A stretch of 59,541 nt of DNA, taken from assembly GCA_963648975.1 (NCBI GenBank), contig CAVJFW010000004.1:1-59541 (forward strand), in the 5' to 3' direction. Shown here piece by piece: positions 18,888-28,649 of this stretch (position 1 is the stretch's first letter; every line of letters starts with the position of its first letter). A model generated the notes under the pieces. It was not told the DNA's origin. It searched no databases and saw nothing but the letters and a program-made list of their open reading frames with translations. Made by a program: the position numbers and the translations under genes. Origin of the DNA: a bacterium (GTDB lineage: Bacteria; Bacillota_I; Bacilli_A; RFN20; CAG-288).

Positions 18888-19349
18888 ATGAGGAAACGGA
18901 AAATTCATTTTGATTCAGAATTCAGGAATATCAGCTCAGAAATACTTATGAACGAAGAATTCCAGAAAATGAAGAATTATGTCGCACATGGAAAATATTC
19001 CGTGTATGACCATTGTTTCCGAGTGGCCCTTCTCAGCTATTCCATTGCCAAGGAAAACGACATGAAATTGGATTATTCCTCTCTCATCAGAGGAGCCTTA
19101 CTTCATGACTTCTATCTCTATGACTGGCATCATAAGGGAGAAGGACATCGGTTACATGGACTCCGTCATCCTTATTTCAGTTATCGCAATTCCGTCAGAT
19201 ATTTCAGCGTCAATGACAAGGAAAGGAACATGATTCGTTCCCATATGTTCCCGCTCACCTTCTGGTCAGTTCCCTTGTCTAGGGAAGCCTGGATATTGAC
19301 GCTTGCGGACAAAATCTGTGCACAAAGAGAAACGACCATCAAAGGATAA
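18888..19349 (+). CDS. Small HD-domain phosphohydrolase, function unknown
   Basis: H ... LLHDFYLYDWH ... metal-binding pattern in a 153-aa protein. Confidence 0.75.
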   Translation: MRKRKIHFDSEFRNISSEILMNEEFQKMKNYVAHGKYSVYDHCFRVALLSYSIAKENDMKLDYSSLIRGALLHDFYLYDWHHKGEGHRLHGLRHPYFSYRNSVRYFSVNDKERNMIRSHMFPLTFWSVPLSREAWILTLADKICAQRETTIKG

Positions 19350-19359
19350 CCATATTGCC

Positions 19360-19956
19360 ATGGAAAACATCATATTCGATTTGGGTGGCGTGCTTGTCAG
19401 CCATGACCCAGGACCATATCTTGAAAGGCTCTTTTCTGATCCTAAGGATCGTCAAAGAGTACTTGAAATCCTTTCTGAAAAGGATTTCTGGACAAACCTC
19501 GATTTAGGCTTGCATGAAACCTATAAGGATGCCTTGCCGGAAATCTATGGAAAACACAAAAAAGATGAAAATCTTCTCAGAAGATTCTTTGATAGTGATT
19601 TCATGGACGAATACACATCACTTAAAAAGGGAACTGAGCTTCTTTCCAGCTTCAAAAAGCAGGGATATGGAATATATATTCTCAGCAATTTCTCCAAGGA
19701 TGGCATAAAAAAACTGATGGACAGCTTTTCCTTCTTTGATGATGCCGACGGTATGCTGATTTCCTGTGATGTTCATCTTGTAAAGCCGGATAAGAGAATC
19801 TATAGGCTATTGGAAGAAAAATTCGATCTTTTTGCGGATGAATGTCTCTTCTTGGATGACAGGGAAGAAAATGTCCTCTCAGCCAGAAATGCCGGCTTCA
19901 ATTCCATCGTCTATTCTGAGGATACAATCGACGAAGAACTGAAGAAATACCTATAA
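19360..19956 (+). CDS. HAD-superfamily hydrolase (subfamily IA-like)
   Basis: Start at ATG 19360 (MENIIFDLGGVLV). LSNFS and FLDDREENV motifs. Confidence 0.85.
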   Translation: MENIIFDLGGVLVSHDPGPYLERLFSDPKDRQRVLEILSEKDFWTNLDLGLHETYKDALPEIYGKHKKDENLLRRFFDSDFMDEYTSLKKGTELLSSFKKQGYGIYILSNFSKDGIKKLMDSFSFFDDADGMLISCDVHLVKPDKRIYRLLEEKFDLFADECLFLDDREENVLSARNAGFNSIVYSEDTIDEELKKYL

Positions 19957-20244
19957 TGCACAGGATTCCTTAAGTTTTGGATCATCTATATAGATTTCAT
20001 CAGGGTGCTTCTCAAAATAACTGCGTGCATAGGAACATGTCGCCTTTATATGGTAATTTTTCTCCTTTGCATAGCTGATGATTTCCTTCATCAGAAAGGA
20101 AGCCTTCCCCTGACCACGGAGAGAATCATCGACAAAGGTCTTGTTTATGATGATGTTGTCGTCTTCCTTAATGAAACATACCTTCATCAGAATCCTGTCT
20201 TCTTCCGTATAATATATGCCATCTTCCCTGATTTCCTTGTTCAT
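19951..20244 (-). CDS. Small GNAT-like N-acetyltransferase (YjdJ type)
   Basis: FVDDSLRGQGKASFLM and ATCSYARSYFEKHPD patterns. 6-nt convergent overlap with the HAD gene. Confidence 0.8.
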   Translation of the reverse strand: MNKEIREDGIYYTEEDRILMKVCFIKEDDNIIINKTFVDDSLRGQGKASFLMKEIISYAKEKNYHIKATCSYARSYFEKHPDEIYIDDPKLKESCAL

Positions 20245-20334
20245 GAGTATGTATCTCCTTTTGGTGAAATTATATAATATTCTTATATGACTTTATGAAA
20301 ATATGCTTCTGTAGAAGATTGTGAGGAAAATGAA

Positions 20335-20775
20335 ATGAGAAAATTTGAGATTGCCCGTGGATTTGAAAATGAAGATGTCGAACTTCCGAAAAGAGGTTCA
20401 TCCCATTCTGCCGGATATGACATCAAGTCTCTTGAGACATTTACCTTGAAAGGTGGGGAGATGCATGTCTATAAGACGGGTATCAAGGCCTGTATGGAAG
20501 ATGACGAAGTCCTTCTTCTTGTCGTGAGATCTTCCATCGGAATCAAGAAGGGACTTTGCCTTGCAAACCAGGTGGGGGTCATAGATTCCGATTACTATGG
20601 AAATGAGAACAACGATGGGCATATCATGGTTGCCCTCAGGAATATGACGGATAAGGATGTCACCATCGAAAAAGGTGACAGGATATGCCAAGGCATATTC
20701 AGCAAATATCTTGTCACAGACGATGATGATTCCACGACGGTCCGCAAAGGCGGTGTCGGTTCCACCGGAAAATAA
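20335..20775 (+). CDS. dut: dUTP diphosphatase
   Basis: SAGYDI, RSSIG and GVIDSDYYG motifs in a 146-aa trimeric-type protein. GAGGA RBS. Confidence 0.92.
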   Translation: MRKFEIARGFENEDVELPKRGSSHSAGYDIKSLETFTLKGGEMHVYKTGIKACMEDDEVLLLVVRSSIGIKKGLCLANQVGVIDSDYYGNENNDGHIMVALRNMTDKDVTIEKGDRICQGIFSKYLVTDDDDSTTVRKGGVGSTGK

Positions 20776-20780
20776 AAAAT

Positions 20781-20832
20781 ATCCTTACCTTCCTTCGGCG
20801 TGATTCCGATAGGAAAGAGGTAAGGATTTTTA
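20781..20832. terminator. Bidirectional terminator between dut and degV
   Basis: ATCCTTACCT / AGGTAAGGAT 10-bp stem, flanked by an A run upstream and a T run downstream. Confidence 0.55.
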
Positions 20833-20838
20833 TGTGGA

Positions 20839-21723
20839 TTAGAGTTTTCTGTCAGTTCCTTCGTAGAAAACGGCGATGGTTCCAGGACCGACATGGGCAC
20901 CGGTGACAAGGTCATAGAAATAGATTTCGATGTCTTTGATGCCGGCTTCCTCGAGAAGTGATTTCAGCTTGTCTGCATCCTCGAATGCATTGCAATGTGA
21001 AACATAGACCTTGCTGTTTTTGTCGGCGATATGCTCGATGACCTGATTGGCAAGTTTCTTTATGGCCTTGAGTTTTCCATGGGCAAGGGAAGTGACTTCG
21101 ATTTTTCCTTCCTCTGAGCCATAGAGGAGAGGCTTGATGGAAAGAAGAGAGACCATCTTGGCCTTGAGCTTGCTGACTCTTCCGGTATTTGTGAGATAGA
21201 TGAGGGAATCAACGATGAATTCACTTCTTGTCTTCTCGACAAAGTCAAGCACATTCTTTGTGAGAGCATCCAAATCATCGGTCTTCATGGATTCCTCATA
21301 GGCATGCATGGCAATCATGCCTTCACCTAGGCCTGCTGTCTTGGAATTGACGATATGGATAAAATCTCCGCCATGCTTTTCGTTGAGCTGGTTTGCAACC
21401 ATCTGACAGGTCTGGTAGGCTCCGGAGATTCCACCGGCGAGGGAAATATAGAGAACCTTGTTCCCTTTGCTGATTTCCTCTTCCATCTTTTCCTGGAACA
21501 TACCAGGATTGGGAAGTGATGTCATCGGCGTGTTTCCATCCTTCATCAGCTGATAGAAGGTCGTGGAGAATTTCTCGACATCGACATCATCCTGGTAACA
21601 TAATAGCTTCTGATCCTTGATTTCGACAAGCATCGGAAGAACCGTGATATCTTCCATATGTTTGCTTTCAAGAATGCCCTTGAAAAGATTGCTGCTTGCG
21701 TCAGTATATATTTTAATAGCCAT
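20839..21723 (-). CDS. DegV family fatty-acid-binding protein
   Basis: MAIKIYTDASSNL start, with a length and pattern typical of DegV. Confidence 0.9.
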   Translation of the reverse strand: MAIKIYTDASSNLFKGILESKHMEDITVLPMLVEIKDQKLLCYQDDVDVEKFSTTFYQLMKDGNTPMTSLPNPGMFQEKMEEEISKGNKVLYISLAGGISGAYQTCQMVANQLNEKHGGDFIHIVNSKTAGLGEGMIAMHAYEESMKTDDLDALTKNVLDFVEKTRSEFIVDSLIYLTNTGRVSKLKAKMVSLLSIKPLLYGSEEGKIEVTSLAHGKLKAIKKLANQVIEHIADKNSKVYVSHCNAFEDADKLKSLLEEAGIKDIEIYFYDLVTGAHVGPGTIAVFYEGTDRKL

Positions 21724-21814
21724 TTCAAAACCTCGTATTCATGAAATTAGTTTAACACCATATTCCGGATATTGATAGATAATTCCGCCAAGTTTGTGTT
21801 GAATCCAGGCTTCT

Positions 21815-22900
21815 TCAGTCCTTTTTCTTCTTTTTGAAGTTGTTCAATCTGAGATTCGTTATGAACCCTACCATGTAGAAGAAGTTGAAGATGAAGGAGA
21901 AGATGGCATTGAAGAGTGTCTTGACGGAGAAATCGTTGCCGGTGACCCAAGTATAGATGATATAACTGACCTCGATGATGACGATGATGCAGTTTACCGT
22001 ACCGAAGAAGGTGAGATGGTTTCTTATCTTCCATCTCTTGGAATAGGTGGAAATGGCAGCCAGACCGCTGAGAATGTAGAAAATGGCTATCATTATGGCC
22101 GTGATGAATGCCGTGATGGTGGCTGTTCTTTCTTCATTCCAGTTCATGGAGTTTGCCGTTGCGATGCCAGAGATGATGCTTGAGAATCCAACCCCCATCA
22201 GACCTGTGCCGCCTATGAGAAGCGCATATTTTTCTACCTTGTGTATCTTCTGTTCTTCAAGCCAGGAAGCAAAGATGGCTTGAGATGATTCCGAAAATAC
22301 CATATTGTTTTCCTTGTCGAGGAAACTTATGCTGTTGAGTTTTCTTTTGTATCTGATGCTTCTGATATGTTCCTCACTGGGGGAGAGGAAAAGGATGGAA
22401 ACGGATTCCCAAATGAAGACCCAACCGCTGATTTCTATGATCTCAAGGAAAATCTCCTTGGCCATTCCATCCTGTATCCAGGTGGTGTTGTTGACAGATA
22501 CCTTGAGTATGAGAAGGAGGATTCCTGCCAGCAGGAGGAAGGCAATCTGAAGACTCTTCTTCCTTGATTCTCCATATCCGTTATAATGTTTTTCCTCAAA
22601 GGAATCGTTCAGTGATTCCATGACAGTTTCGGCCTTGTAGTTCTCATAATCCTGTATGCGGAATTCGATGTTTGCCTTGTATCCTAAGGGAACCTTGCCA
22701 AGACTATTGGATATGGTGTCAATGACATCATTTGAGATTTCGTGATATCCGTTATATCCCACCTGATTGAGGAAAAGATCGCTGACTTTGTCATAATCAA
22801 GGGAGATATGCATGATTTTGGCTTCATCGTCGATTTCATATTTCTTTTTCAATAATTCTATCTGTCTTTTATAGACAGGATTTTCCTGTAGTTTCTTCAT
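21815..22900 (-). CDS. Hypothetical membrane protein (soluble N-terminal domain plus several TM helices)
   Basis: 361-aa ORF with an AAGGA RBS. No family recognised. Confidence 0.65.
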   Translation of the reverse strand: MKKLQENPVYKRQIELLKKKYEIDDEAKIMHISLDYDKVSDLFLNQVGYNGYHEISNDVIDTISNSLGKVPLGYKANIEFRIQDYENYKAETVMESLNDSFEEKHYNGYGESRKKSLQIAFLLLAGILLLILKVSVNNTTWIQDGMAKEIFLEIIEISGWVFIWESVSILFLSPSEEHIRSIRYKRKLNSISFLDKENNMVFSESSQAIFASWLEEQKIHKVEKYALLIGGTGLMGVGFSSIISGIATANSMNWNEERTATITAFITAIMIAIFYILSGLAAISTYSKRWKIRNHLTFFGTVNCIIVIIEVSYIIYTWVTGNDFSVKTLFNAIFSFIFNFFYMVGFITNLRLNNFKKKKKD

Positions 22901-23086
22901 TTTTTTCGGTCCTTTGTTTTATCTTGAATATTTTGCTCTGCAAATGGCATGAATGCCATCATATTTTCTGTTGCCAGTGCTTGGTTATTATTGTATTTGT
23001 TTGTCTCTATCTGGTTGAATTTGTAGTGAAGAATGAAATCTGTTTTACAATTTCGTGTATCGAACTCAAAGTTGATTCTGTTGGCT

Positions 23087-24400
23087 TCATTCAGAAACTT
23101 CCATATGATTTATCTTTTCTTTTTTCTTTTTGTCAAACGGCATGTCATCATGGTCTAGTTTCATGAGGTCATATAATGTCAGTCCAAGTATGAAGAGATT
23201 GATGATGGCTGCGATGGATACGGAATCCTCGCCCATGACATCTATGGAATATTTCGAAAAATCGGTCATGTAATGATAATAAGCGATAAGAGAGGAGATT
23301 TGCATGAGAGGAATCAGGAAATGACGTTTCTTATGACTTAACAAAGCATAGATCAGAATCAGAACATCCATGGAATAGAAATATCTTTCATGCATATGGG
23401 GAAGGAAGAAGGGGACGATGCCGATAAGGAAGGTTGCGACATAAAGGATGTTCTCATCCGTCAATCGGATGTTTCTCATATAGATTAAGGCACAGAAGAA
23501 GAAAATGAAGACAAGCCCAATCCATGTGGATGCGCCGTTTAATGGTGTAGTGGAGGAATCCATTCCTGTTATGTTGATTAGATGCCAGAAGTTTGCACAA
23601 CCCAAGGTCAGATTGTCATATCCATTGAGTTGCTTTGAAAAATAGGTGAATGGCTGAGTGAATCCAGCTCCGCAGCAATACGCGGGAAGGAAGGATATCA
23701 ATACGGCGAATACTGCCATGAAGACAGGATAGAACTTCAGCCTTCTGGAAAGACAAAGGTATACCAAGAAAGGAAGTATGAATATGGATTGCATCTTCAG
23801 CGACAATGCTAGACCAAAGAAGAACCAGACAAGATAATCCTTTCTTTTCAGTATGAAGTAGATGGAATAGAGGAAGAAACATGTATAGACGGTATCACAG
23901 TTTCCCCATAAGGCGGAATTGATATACTGAGCAGGAAGAATGAGCAGGACACAATAACCTATCGTTGCCTTTATTTTATCCATCGTGACATGTCTGATGA
24001 TGAGATAGATGGCAATGGCCATGAAAATATCCGATATGAAATAAATCGACTTCAGCATATACATGTGCACGGGAGCAAATGTATATCCGTTTATGGAGAC
24101 ATTTTCTCCACCTGGGAATAAGGAAATGATTGCGATGATGAATAGGAACAACGGAGAATAATCGGCATCTATGGAATAGAATTTGCTGAATCCCACTTCC
24201 TGTATTTGCTTCATCCAACCATTTAGGATGTATCCCACCATGTCGTTTGTCGGATGTAGGGCAACAAGATATCTTATGGTGAGTGATCCTACACTCATCA
24301 GAATCATTAGAATCATCAGAAAATGATTTTGAAGGAATGAAAGACAGATATCCGTAATCTTCTTATATATTTCCTTGAATTTATCTATATGATTTTTCAT
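23087..24400 (-). CDS. Polytopic membrane protein, GT-C-like glycosyltransferase candidate
   Basis: Start at ATG 24400 behind AGGAGA. DADYSPL in the first loop and HMHERYFY later resemble GT-C (ALG/PIG-V/DUF2029-like) motifs. Confidence 0.6.
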   Translation of the reverse strand: MKNHIDKFKEIYKKITDICLSFLQNHFLMILMILMSVGSLTIRYLVALHPTNDMVGYILNGWMKQIQEVGFSKFYSIDADYSPLFLFIIAIISLFPGGENVSINGYTFAPVHMYMLKSIYFISDIFMAIAIYLIIRHVTMDKIKATIGYCVLLILPAQYINSALWGNCDTVYTCFFLYSIYFILKRKDYLVWFFFGLALSLKMQSIFILPFLVYLCLSRRLKFYPVFMAVFAVLISFLPAYCCGAGFTQPFTYFSKQLNGYDNLTLGCANFWHLINITGMDSSTTPLNGASTWIGLVFIFFFCALIYMRNIRLTDENILYVATFLIGIVPFFLPHMHERYFYSMDVLILIYALLSHKKRHFLIPLMQISSLIAYYHYMTDFSKYSIDVMGEDSVSIAAIINLFILGLTLYDLMKLDHDDMPFDKKKKEKINHMEVSE

Positions 24401-24530
24401 GTTGAAATCTCCTGAAAACATCTTTTGGAAGACTTTTTTCTTCAACCGGTTTATTATACCAATTTAGCAGATTTGATTGTATGGTTATCATTGAAGTATG
24501 AACGAAATGATGTGTACGATTTGTGGCAAT

Positions 24531-24592
24531 GAAAAAGAGGCTGTTAAGCAGTCGACATCATTTTTTTCAAAATGTCAAATGCTTTAACAGCC
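24531..24592 (-). terminator. Possible terminator downstream of tRNA-His (long-loop hairpin)
   Basis: GGCTGTTAAGCA / TGCTTTAACAGCC arms with one bulge and a 29-nt loop, then CTTTTTC on the minus strand. Confidence 0.35.
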
Positions 24593-24608
24593 CCTTATAT
24601 CTTCCAAA

Positions 24609-24685
24609 TGGGGCGGATAATGGGGCTCGAACCCACGAATGAGCGGTTCACAGCCGCTTGTGTTAACCTCTTCACCATATCCGCC
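24609..24685 (-). tRNA. tRNA-His (anticodon GTG)
   Basis: Hand-folded cloverleaf: extra 5' G(-1), acceptor GCGGATA/TATCCGC, anticodon arm AGCGG-CTGTGAA-CCGCT, T arm GTGGG-TTCGAGC-CCCAT, discriminator C, encoded CCA. Confidence 0.9.
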
Positions 24686-24692
24686 ATATATA

Positions 24693-24713
24693 TCTGGCAA
24701 CAATGTTGCCAGA
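24693..24713 (-). terminator. Strong hairpin between the rpsD stop and tRNA-His (terminator or processing site)
   Basis: TCTGGCAAC-ATT-GTTGCCAGA, a 9-bp stem, followed by TATATAT and then the tRNA 5' end 7 nt later. Confidence 0.45.
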
Positions 24714-24732
24714 ATATAACAGGGTAATCAGA

Positions 24733-25341
24733 TTAGAGCTTTCTGTTGTAGAATTCAATAACCTGTGCTTCATCGACTTCACTGGAAAGTTCATTTCTTT
24801 CTGGAAGTCTGGTATATGTTCCTTCGACCTTGTTGCTGTCGACGCTGACATATGCAGGAATGGTTGGCTTTGTGTTGATGGCTTCAAGAACAACCTTGAG
24901 GTTCTTGGAGGAATCCTTGAAGGAGATGACATCATTGATGGAGACGATATAGCTTGGGATGTCAACCTTCTTGCCATTGACGGTCACATGACCATGGGTG
25001 ACAAGCTGTCTGGCCTGTCTGCGGGTAGTGGCAAAACCCATTCTATAGACAAGGTTATCAAGTCTGGATTCGAGAATCTGAAGGAGTCCCAAACCAGTGG
25101 ACTTGCTCTTGTCAGCCTTGGCGAGCATGAAGAAACGTCTGAACTGCTTCTCGCTCATGCCATAGGTGAAACGAAGCTTCTGCTTTTCAGTGAGCTGCTG
25201 ACCATATTCAGTCTTCTTCTTTGGACGTCCATCACCATGGACACCTGGAACTGTCTGACGCTTGGCAAGCTCCTTGCCAGTTCCCAAAACGGAATAACCT
25301 AATCTTCTGGACTGTCTCCAGACTGGACCTGTGTAACGCAT
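24733..25341 (-). CDS. rpsD: 30S ribosomal protein S4
   Basis: MRYTGPVWRQSRRLG ... with an S4 domain (LDNLVYRMGFATTRRQARQLVTHGH). AAAGGAG RBS. Confidence 0.95.
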   Translation of the reverse strand: MRYTGPVWRQSRRLGYSVLGTGKELAKRQTVPGVHGDGRPKKKTEYGQQLTEKQKLRFTYGMSEKQFRRFFMLAKADKSKSTGLGLLQILESRLDNLVYRMGFATTRRQARQLVTHGHVTVNGKKVDIPSYIVSINDVISFKDSSKNLKVVLEAINTKPTIPAYVSVDSNKVEGTYTRLPERNELSSEVDEAQVIEFYNRKL

Positions 25342-25484
25342 TATTGAATCTCCTTTCCGTTACAATCTGCATAACGATAAGAGCGTAAGTTCATTTACCC
25401 CGGATGAACGTCGTTCACCTTTATAGCTAGGCTACTATTTCAGGCGTCATCGGACGAGTAACTACTTGCGTGCTACGCAATGCG
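25342..25484 (-). promoter_or_regulatory. Structured ~140-nt rpsD 5' leader (candidate S4 autoregulatory leader)
   Basis: Several short hairpins (TTGCG/CGCAA, GGTGAAC/GTTCATCC, CGTTA/TAACG) between the predicted promoter and the RBS. S4 autoregulation via a leader is known in Bacillus. Confidence 0.35.
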
Positions 25485-25490
25485 AAAAAT

Positions 25491-25519
25491 ACTATATCAA
25501 ATCGACTGGACATTATCAA
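25491..25519 (-). promoter_or_regulatory. Putative sigma-A promoter of rpsD
   Basis: On the minus strand: TTGATA, 17 nt, TATAGT. Confidence 0.55.
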
Positions 25520-25631
25520 GAAAAACTTTGCTTTTCTCACTTCTCCTGAAATCATGACGTTTTTATCCATCATGTTTCTTTCAAAAACCAAAAAAGTGAT
25601 TATACTATCCATGTCATAAAGGATTACCATC

Positions 25632-26120
25632 ATGAAACACAACTATCAGAGAACCATAGAAGTATTGCTTGGAACGATGTTTACCATATTATTGGTAGGC
25701 TTTGCCTTATCCATAGCCTTTCTTGACTATGGCATGGGATATTATGGGGAAGATCAGGAATTTGCGAATCTGTTGCTTAGACATGACAGATATCTCATCG
25801 GCTTTACGGCAGCAAGCATCGCATGCTGCTTTGCCTATGCCGGACTTGATTTCGGCAAGGCAAAACATCGTAAGTTCATCCAGTTCATGCTTGCCCTCAT
25901 ATTGCTAGGCATTTCGATCTATCTTATCATTATGATGGTAGGATTGAGGAACCAGGCGTTCTCCGTGGATGGGTATTCCTTGAACAATGCATTCATATTA
26001 TATAAGGAATATCGTATATTCTCCGTCATGGTCACCACGGCACAGCTCGTCATATCCTTATATGCCATATGCCGTTCATGCTTCAGTTATTTCACCACAA
26101 GGAAAAATGAAGCGCTGTAA
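25632..26120 (+). CDS. Hypothetical small membrane protein
   Basis: 162-aa ORF with four or five hydrophobic helices and an AAGGA RBS. Confidence 0.6.
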   Translation: MKHNYQRTIEVLLGTMFTILLVGFALSIAFLDYGMGYYGEDQEFANLLLRHDRYLIGFTAASIACCFAYAGLDFGKAKHRKFIQFMLALILLGISIYLIIMMVGLRNQAFSVDGYSLNNAFILYKEYRIFSVMVTTAQLVISLYAICRSCFSYFTTRKNEAL

Positions 26121-26200
26121 GTCTGTGTCGGTACTACATTAAACACAAAAAAAGAAGTATAATAATTCAGTTTCCAAAGAAAACAAGGAGAAATTTCACC

Positions 26201-28612
26201 ATGGGTTATGATTTTAAGAATATAGAAGAGAAGTGGGAAAAGGTATGGGAGGAAAACAAGACATACAAGACAGATGCCTATGATTTCTCCAAACCGAAAT
26301 TCTATATCCTGGATATGTTTCCCTATCCGTCAGCCGTAGGACTTCATGTCGGACATGTCGAAGGATATACCGCCACGGATGCCTTGGCAAGAATGAAACG
26401 TTCTCAGGGATTTAATGTCCTTCACCCAATCGGATATGATGCCTTTGGTCTTCCGGCAGAACAGTTTGCCATCAAGAACAACCAGAATCCCTCCATCTAT
26501 ACGGATCAGAACATCGACAATTTCCGCAGACAGCTGAAGAGATTGGGCTTTTCCTATGATTGGGACAGGGAAATCAAGACGACCGATCCGAATTACTACA
26601 AGTGGACACAGCATATCTTCCTCAAGATGTATGAGAAAGGTCTTGCCTATGAAGACTATCGTCTTGTCAACTATTGTCCAGCCTTGGGAACTGTCCTTGC
26701 CAACGAGGAAGTCATCGACGGCAAGAGTGAGAGAGGCGGATTCCCAGTCGAGAGAAAGCCGATGAAGCAATGGGTTTTGAAGATCACAGCCTATGGAGAC
26801 AAACTTCTCGACGGCTTATCCACGATCGATTGGCCAAACAGCACTTTAACCATGCAGAAGAACTGGATTGGAAGAAGTGAAGGTACTGTTGTCCGCTTCG
26901 ATGTCGTCGACAGCGATGAGAAAATAGAAGTGTTCACCACAAGGGCAGATACACTCTTTGGATGTACTTATGTCGTCTTGGCACCGGAACATCCATTGGT
27001 CAATAAACTGACTTCTCCGGAACAGAAAGAAGAAGTGGATAAATACCTCAAGCAGGTCAGCTGCAAGTCTGATTTGGAAAGAACTGATGGTTCAAAGGAA
27101 AAGACCGGTGTCTATATCGGTGCCACAGCCATCAATCCGATCAACGGAAAAGAAGTCAAAATCTATATTGGTGACTATGTTCTCGCAACCTACGGAAGCG
27201 GTGCCGTCATGGCGGTTCCGACACATGATCAGAGAGACTATGATTTTGCTGTCAAGCATAACATCGAGATGATCCAGGTCATCGAAGGCGACTGCTCGAA
27301 GTCAGCCTATGAGGGAGATGGTAAACATATCAATTCCTCCTTTGCTGATGGCATGAACATAGCCGAGGCAAAGAAAGCAATCACCGAGAAGCTCATCGAA
27401 CTCAACAAGGGCAGATATCAGGTGAACTACAAGCTTCGTGACTGGCTCTTCTCAAGACAGAGATATTGGGGTGAACCGATTCCTGTCATCCATATGGATG
27501 ATGGAGAGACTAAGCCGGTTTCATATGATGAACTTCCGCTAGAGCTTCCGGAAATGACGGATTACAAGCCGAGCGGAGATGGTCAGCCACCGCTTTCCAA
27601 GGCCAAGGACTGGCTCAATGTCACCATTGACGGAAAACATGGCCTCAGAGAAACAAACACCATGCCTCAGTGGGCAGGTTCAAGCTGGTATTATGCCAGA
27701 TACATCGATCCACATAACAACGATGCCATCGGTGACAAGAAACTTCTTGACCACTGGCTTCCTGTCGATGTTTACGTCGGCGGAGCGGAACATGCCGTCT
27801 TGCATCTTCTCTATGCCAGATTCTGGCATAAGTTCCTGCATGATGAAGGTGTCTTCAAGTGTGACGAACCTTTCCAGAAGCTCTTCCATCAGGGCCTTAT
27901 CTTAGGTACAGATGGTCAGAAGATGTCCAAATCATTGGGTAATACCGTTTCTCCTGATGATGTCATCAAGGAATATGGTGCTGATGCCCTTCGTTTCTAT
28001 GAGATGTTCAAGGGTCCTGTCGATCAGTCCATGCCATGGAGCAAGGATGGCCCGAAAGGTGCCAAGACATTCCTTGACAGAGTCTATCGTCTTTATACCG
28101 ATGAGAACTACAGAAACATGTGGACTACCGAAGATAATCCGGATCTCGATTATGTCTACAATGCCACAATCAAGAAATGCACAGCCGATTATGAAATTCT
28201 TCACTTCAATACCGGCTTGAGCCAGATCATGGTCCTCGTCAATGAGCTTTACAAGTCCAAGACACTGCCGAAGAACATTCTTCTTGGTCTCATCCAGCTT
28301 CTTGCACCAGTCGTTCCTCATTTTGCACAGGAACTTTACACACTCCTTGGTTATGAAGGACTTGTTGATTTCGTCAAGTGGCCCAGTGTCGATGAGTCAA
28401 AGATCAACAGCAAGCCTGTGACTTATGCCGTTCAGGTTAACGGAAAGCTGAAGGGAACCATAGACTTCAAGAAGGATGCCAGCGACGAAGAACTCGAGGA
28501 ACTGAAGAAACAGGCTCTTGCGATGGAGAAGGTAGCCTCAGCCACCGAAGGCAAGGAAATCAAGAAAGTCATCGTCGTCAAGAACAAAATCATTTCCATC
28601 GTCATCAAGTAA
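26201..28612 (+). CDS. leuS: Leucine--tRNA ligase
   Basis: [12 protein letters not shown] (HIGH), KMSKSLGN (KMSKS), 803 aa. Confidence 0.97.
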   Translation: MGYDFKNIEEKWEKVWEENKTYKTDAYDFSKPKFYILDMFPYPSAVGLHVGHVEGYTATDALARMKRSQGFNVLHPIGYDAFGLPAEQFAIKNNQNPSIYTDQNIDNFRRQLKRLGFSYDWDREIKTTDPNYYKWTQHIFLKMYEKGLAYEDYRLVNYCPALGTVLANEEVIDGKSERGGFPVERKPMKQWVLKITAYGDKLLDGLSTIDWPNSTLTMQKNWIGRSEGTVVRFDVVDSDEKIEVFTTRADTLFGCTYVVLAPEHPLVNKLTSPEQKEEVDKYLKQVSCKSDLERTDGSKEKTGVYIGATAINPINGKEVKIYIGDYVLATYGSGAVMAVPTHDQRDYDFAVKHNIEMIQVIEGDCSKSAYEGDGKHINSSFADGMNIAEAKKAITEKLIELNKGRYQVNYKLRDWLFSRQRYWGEPIPVIHMDDGETKPVSYDELPLELPEMTDYKPSGDGQPPLSKAKDWLNVTIDGKHGLRETNTMPQWAGSSWYYARYIDPHNNDAIGDKKLLDHWLPVDVYVGGAEHAVLHLLYARFWHKFLHDEGVFKCDEPFQKLFHQGLILGTDGQKMSKSLGNTVSPDDVIKEYGADALRFYEMFKGPVDQSMPWSKDGPKGAKTFLDRVYRLYTDENYRNMWTTEDNPDLDYVYNATIKKCTADYEILHFNTGLSQIMVLVNELYKSKTLPKNILLGLIQLLAPVVPHFAQELYTLLGYEGLVDFVKWPSVDESKINSKPVTYAVQVNGKLKGTIDFKKDASDEELEELKKQALAMEKVASATEGKEIKKVIVVKNKIISIVIK

Positions 28613-28613
28613 A

Positions 28614-28643
28614 CAAAAAAACGCAGGGCAACCTGCGTTTTTC
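28614..28643. terminator. Bidirectional intrinsic terminator (leuS / pepC)
   Basis: A7-ACGCAGG-GCAA-CCTGCGT-T5. Confidence 0.75.
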
Positions 28644-28649
28644 TTATGT

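Noticed and set aside
24703-25302. 199-aa ORF antisense to rpsD, and the 101-aa ORF at 24672-24977 overlapping tRNA-His
   Set aside because: The ribosomal protein S4 and tRNA-His assignments fully explain this DNA.
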